Made by a program: the position numbers and the translations under genes
Part shown: piece by piece, positions 50,038 through 50,516 of the stretch
How positions within the stretch are numbered: position 1 is the first letter of the stretch
How the letters are laid out: each line of letters starts with the position of its first letter
DNA from: a virus
Taxonomy: Duplodnaviria; Caudoviricetes
Length of the DNA stretch: 50,516 nt
Direction: 5' to 3' (one strand)
Virus record (IMG/VR): IMGVR_UViG_3300044834_000021
Coordinates: 1-50,516 of that record
The notes under the pieces: generated by a model
Database searches by the model: none
What the model saw: the letters and a program-made list of their open reading frames with translations, nothing else
Told to the model about the DNA's origin: nothing

Positions 50038-50516
50038 CTAAGAGATAACGGTCTGCAAGAGATACCCGCAGATGTTCGCGACGACGTTCGTCGCCCTGAT
50101 CTGCGAGGTCTCGTAGTAGTCCGAGTGCTCGGCCTCTTCGCGCCATCTGCGTGCCCGCTCCTCGGGACCGACCATGAACGTGTAGCCGAACGACAACTGC
50201 CGGATCGCCGGGCGCGGGTTGACGTAGGCGAGGATCACGTTCTTGCCCCACAGATCGCCGATGACCGGGTTTTGTCCGAGGGCCGCCGTGTTCTGCACGG
50301 CGTCGGCGATGACGACGTTCTCGATGTCCCACATCGCCTTGAGCAGTTCCACGGTCGCGATGCCGATGGCCGTGTACTGAATGCGCGCCACGACCAACGG
50401 GTTGAGCCGGACCTTCGCGAGGATCGAGGACGGGAGGATGAGGGTGTTCGGGCGCTTGCCCGTGACCGACCTGATCTTCTCCTTGCCGTTCTCGACATCG
50501 AGCATCGGGTCGCCGG
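50038..50516 (-). CDS. Major capsid protein, 3' part
   Basis: ...GKRPNTLIL...WGKNVILAYV...SFGYTF...CGYLLQTVIS*, typical of an HK97-fold capsid C-terminus. Confidence 0.9.
   Translation of the reverse strand, partial: GDPMLDVENGKEKIRSVTGKRPNTLILPSSILAKVRLNPLVVARIQYTAIGIATVELLKAMWDIENVVIADAVQNTAALGQNPVIGDLWGKNVILAYVNPRPAIRQLSFGYTFMVGPEERARRWREEAEHSDYYETSQIRATNVVANICGYLLQTVIS
50390..50516. repeat. Terminal direct repeat, copy 2
   Basis: Identical to 1-127. Confidence 0.95.

Noticed and set aside
50390-50516. Terminal repeat as a biological DTR
   Set aside because: It is exactly 127 nt and falls mid-capsid gene, consistent with an assembler overlap.
1-50516. Genome-wide TAG recoding (genetic code 15)
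   Set aside because: TAGs fall at plausible gene ends followed by starts, and conserved genes are intact under code 11.

Overview
The window is a complete, circularly assembled, high-GC tailed dsDNA phage genome of about 50,389 bp. Bases 1-127 equal bases 50390-50516, and the major capsid gene runs across that join. Most genes are on the minus strand. The head module is Mu-like (TerS, HNH, TerL, portal, gpF/MuF, protease-scaffold, decoration protein, capsid). It is followed by a siphovirus-type tail (adaptor, gpG-like protein, terminator, tube, frameshifting chaperone, tape measure, beta-propeller hub) and a three-hydrolase lysis region. About 14 kb of small early/middle genes follow. I could not recognise an integrase, DNA polymerase, primase or helicase. 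Most notable observations: (1) About ten copies of one promoter/operator element (TTGACG-16/17 nt-TANNNT with a GACGAC-N4-GACGAC direct repeat) delimit modular gene cassettes. The upstream gene's TGA stop often lies inside the -35 box, and one copy drives a ribbon-helix-helix-like candidate regulator. (2) A MuF head protein carries a RelA/SpoT-like toxin domain, and its likely immunity gene sits about 4.5 kb away beyond the cassette island. (3) The portal/MuF locus looks split by an extra 6 kb structural module. (4) There are probable leaderless and non-canonical (ATA, GTA) starts, a structured RNA-like region and apparent restriction-site avoidance. All product calls come from motif recognition by eye; no database searches were run.
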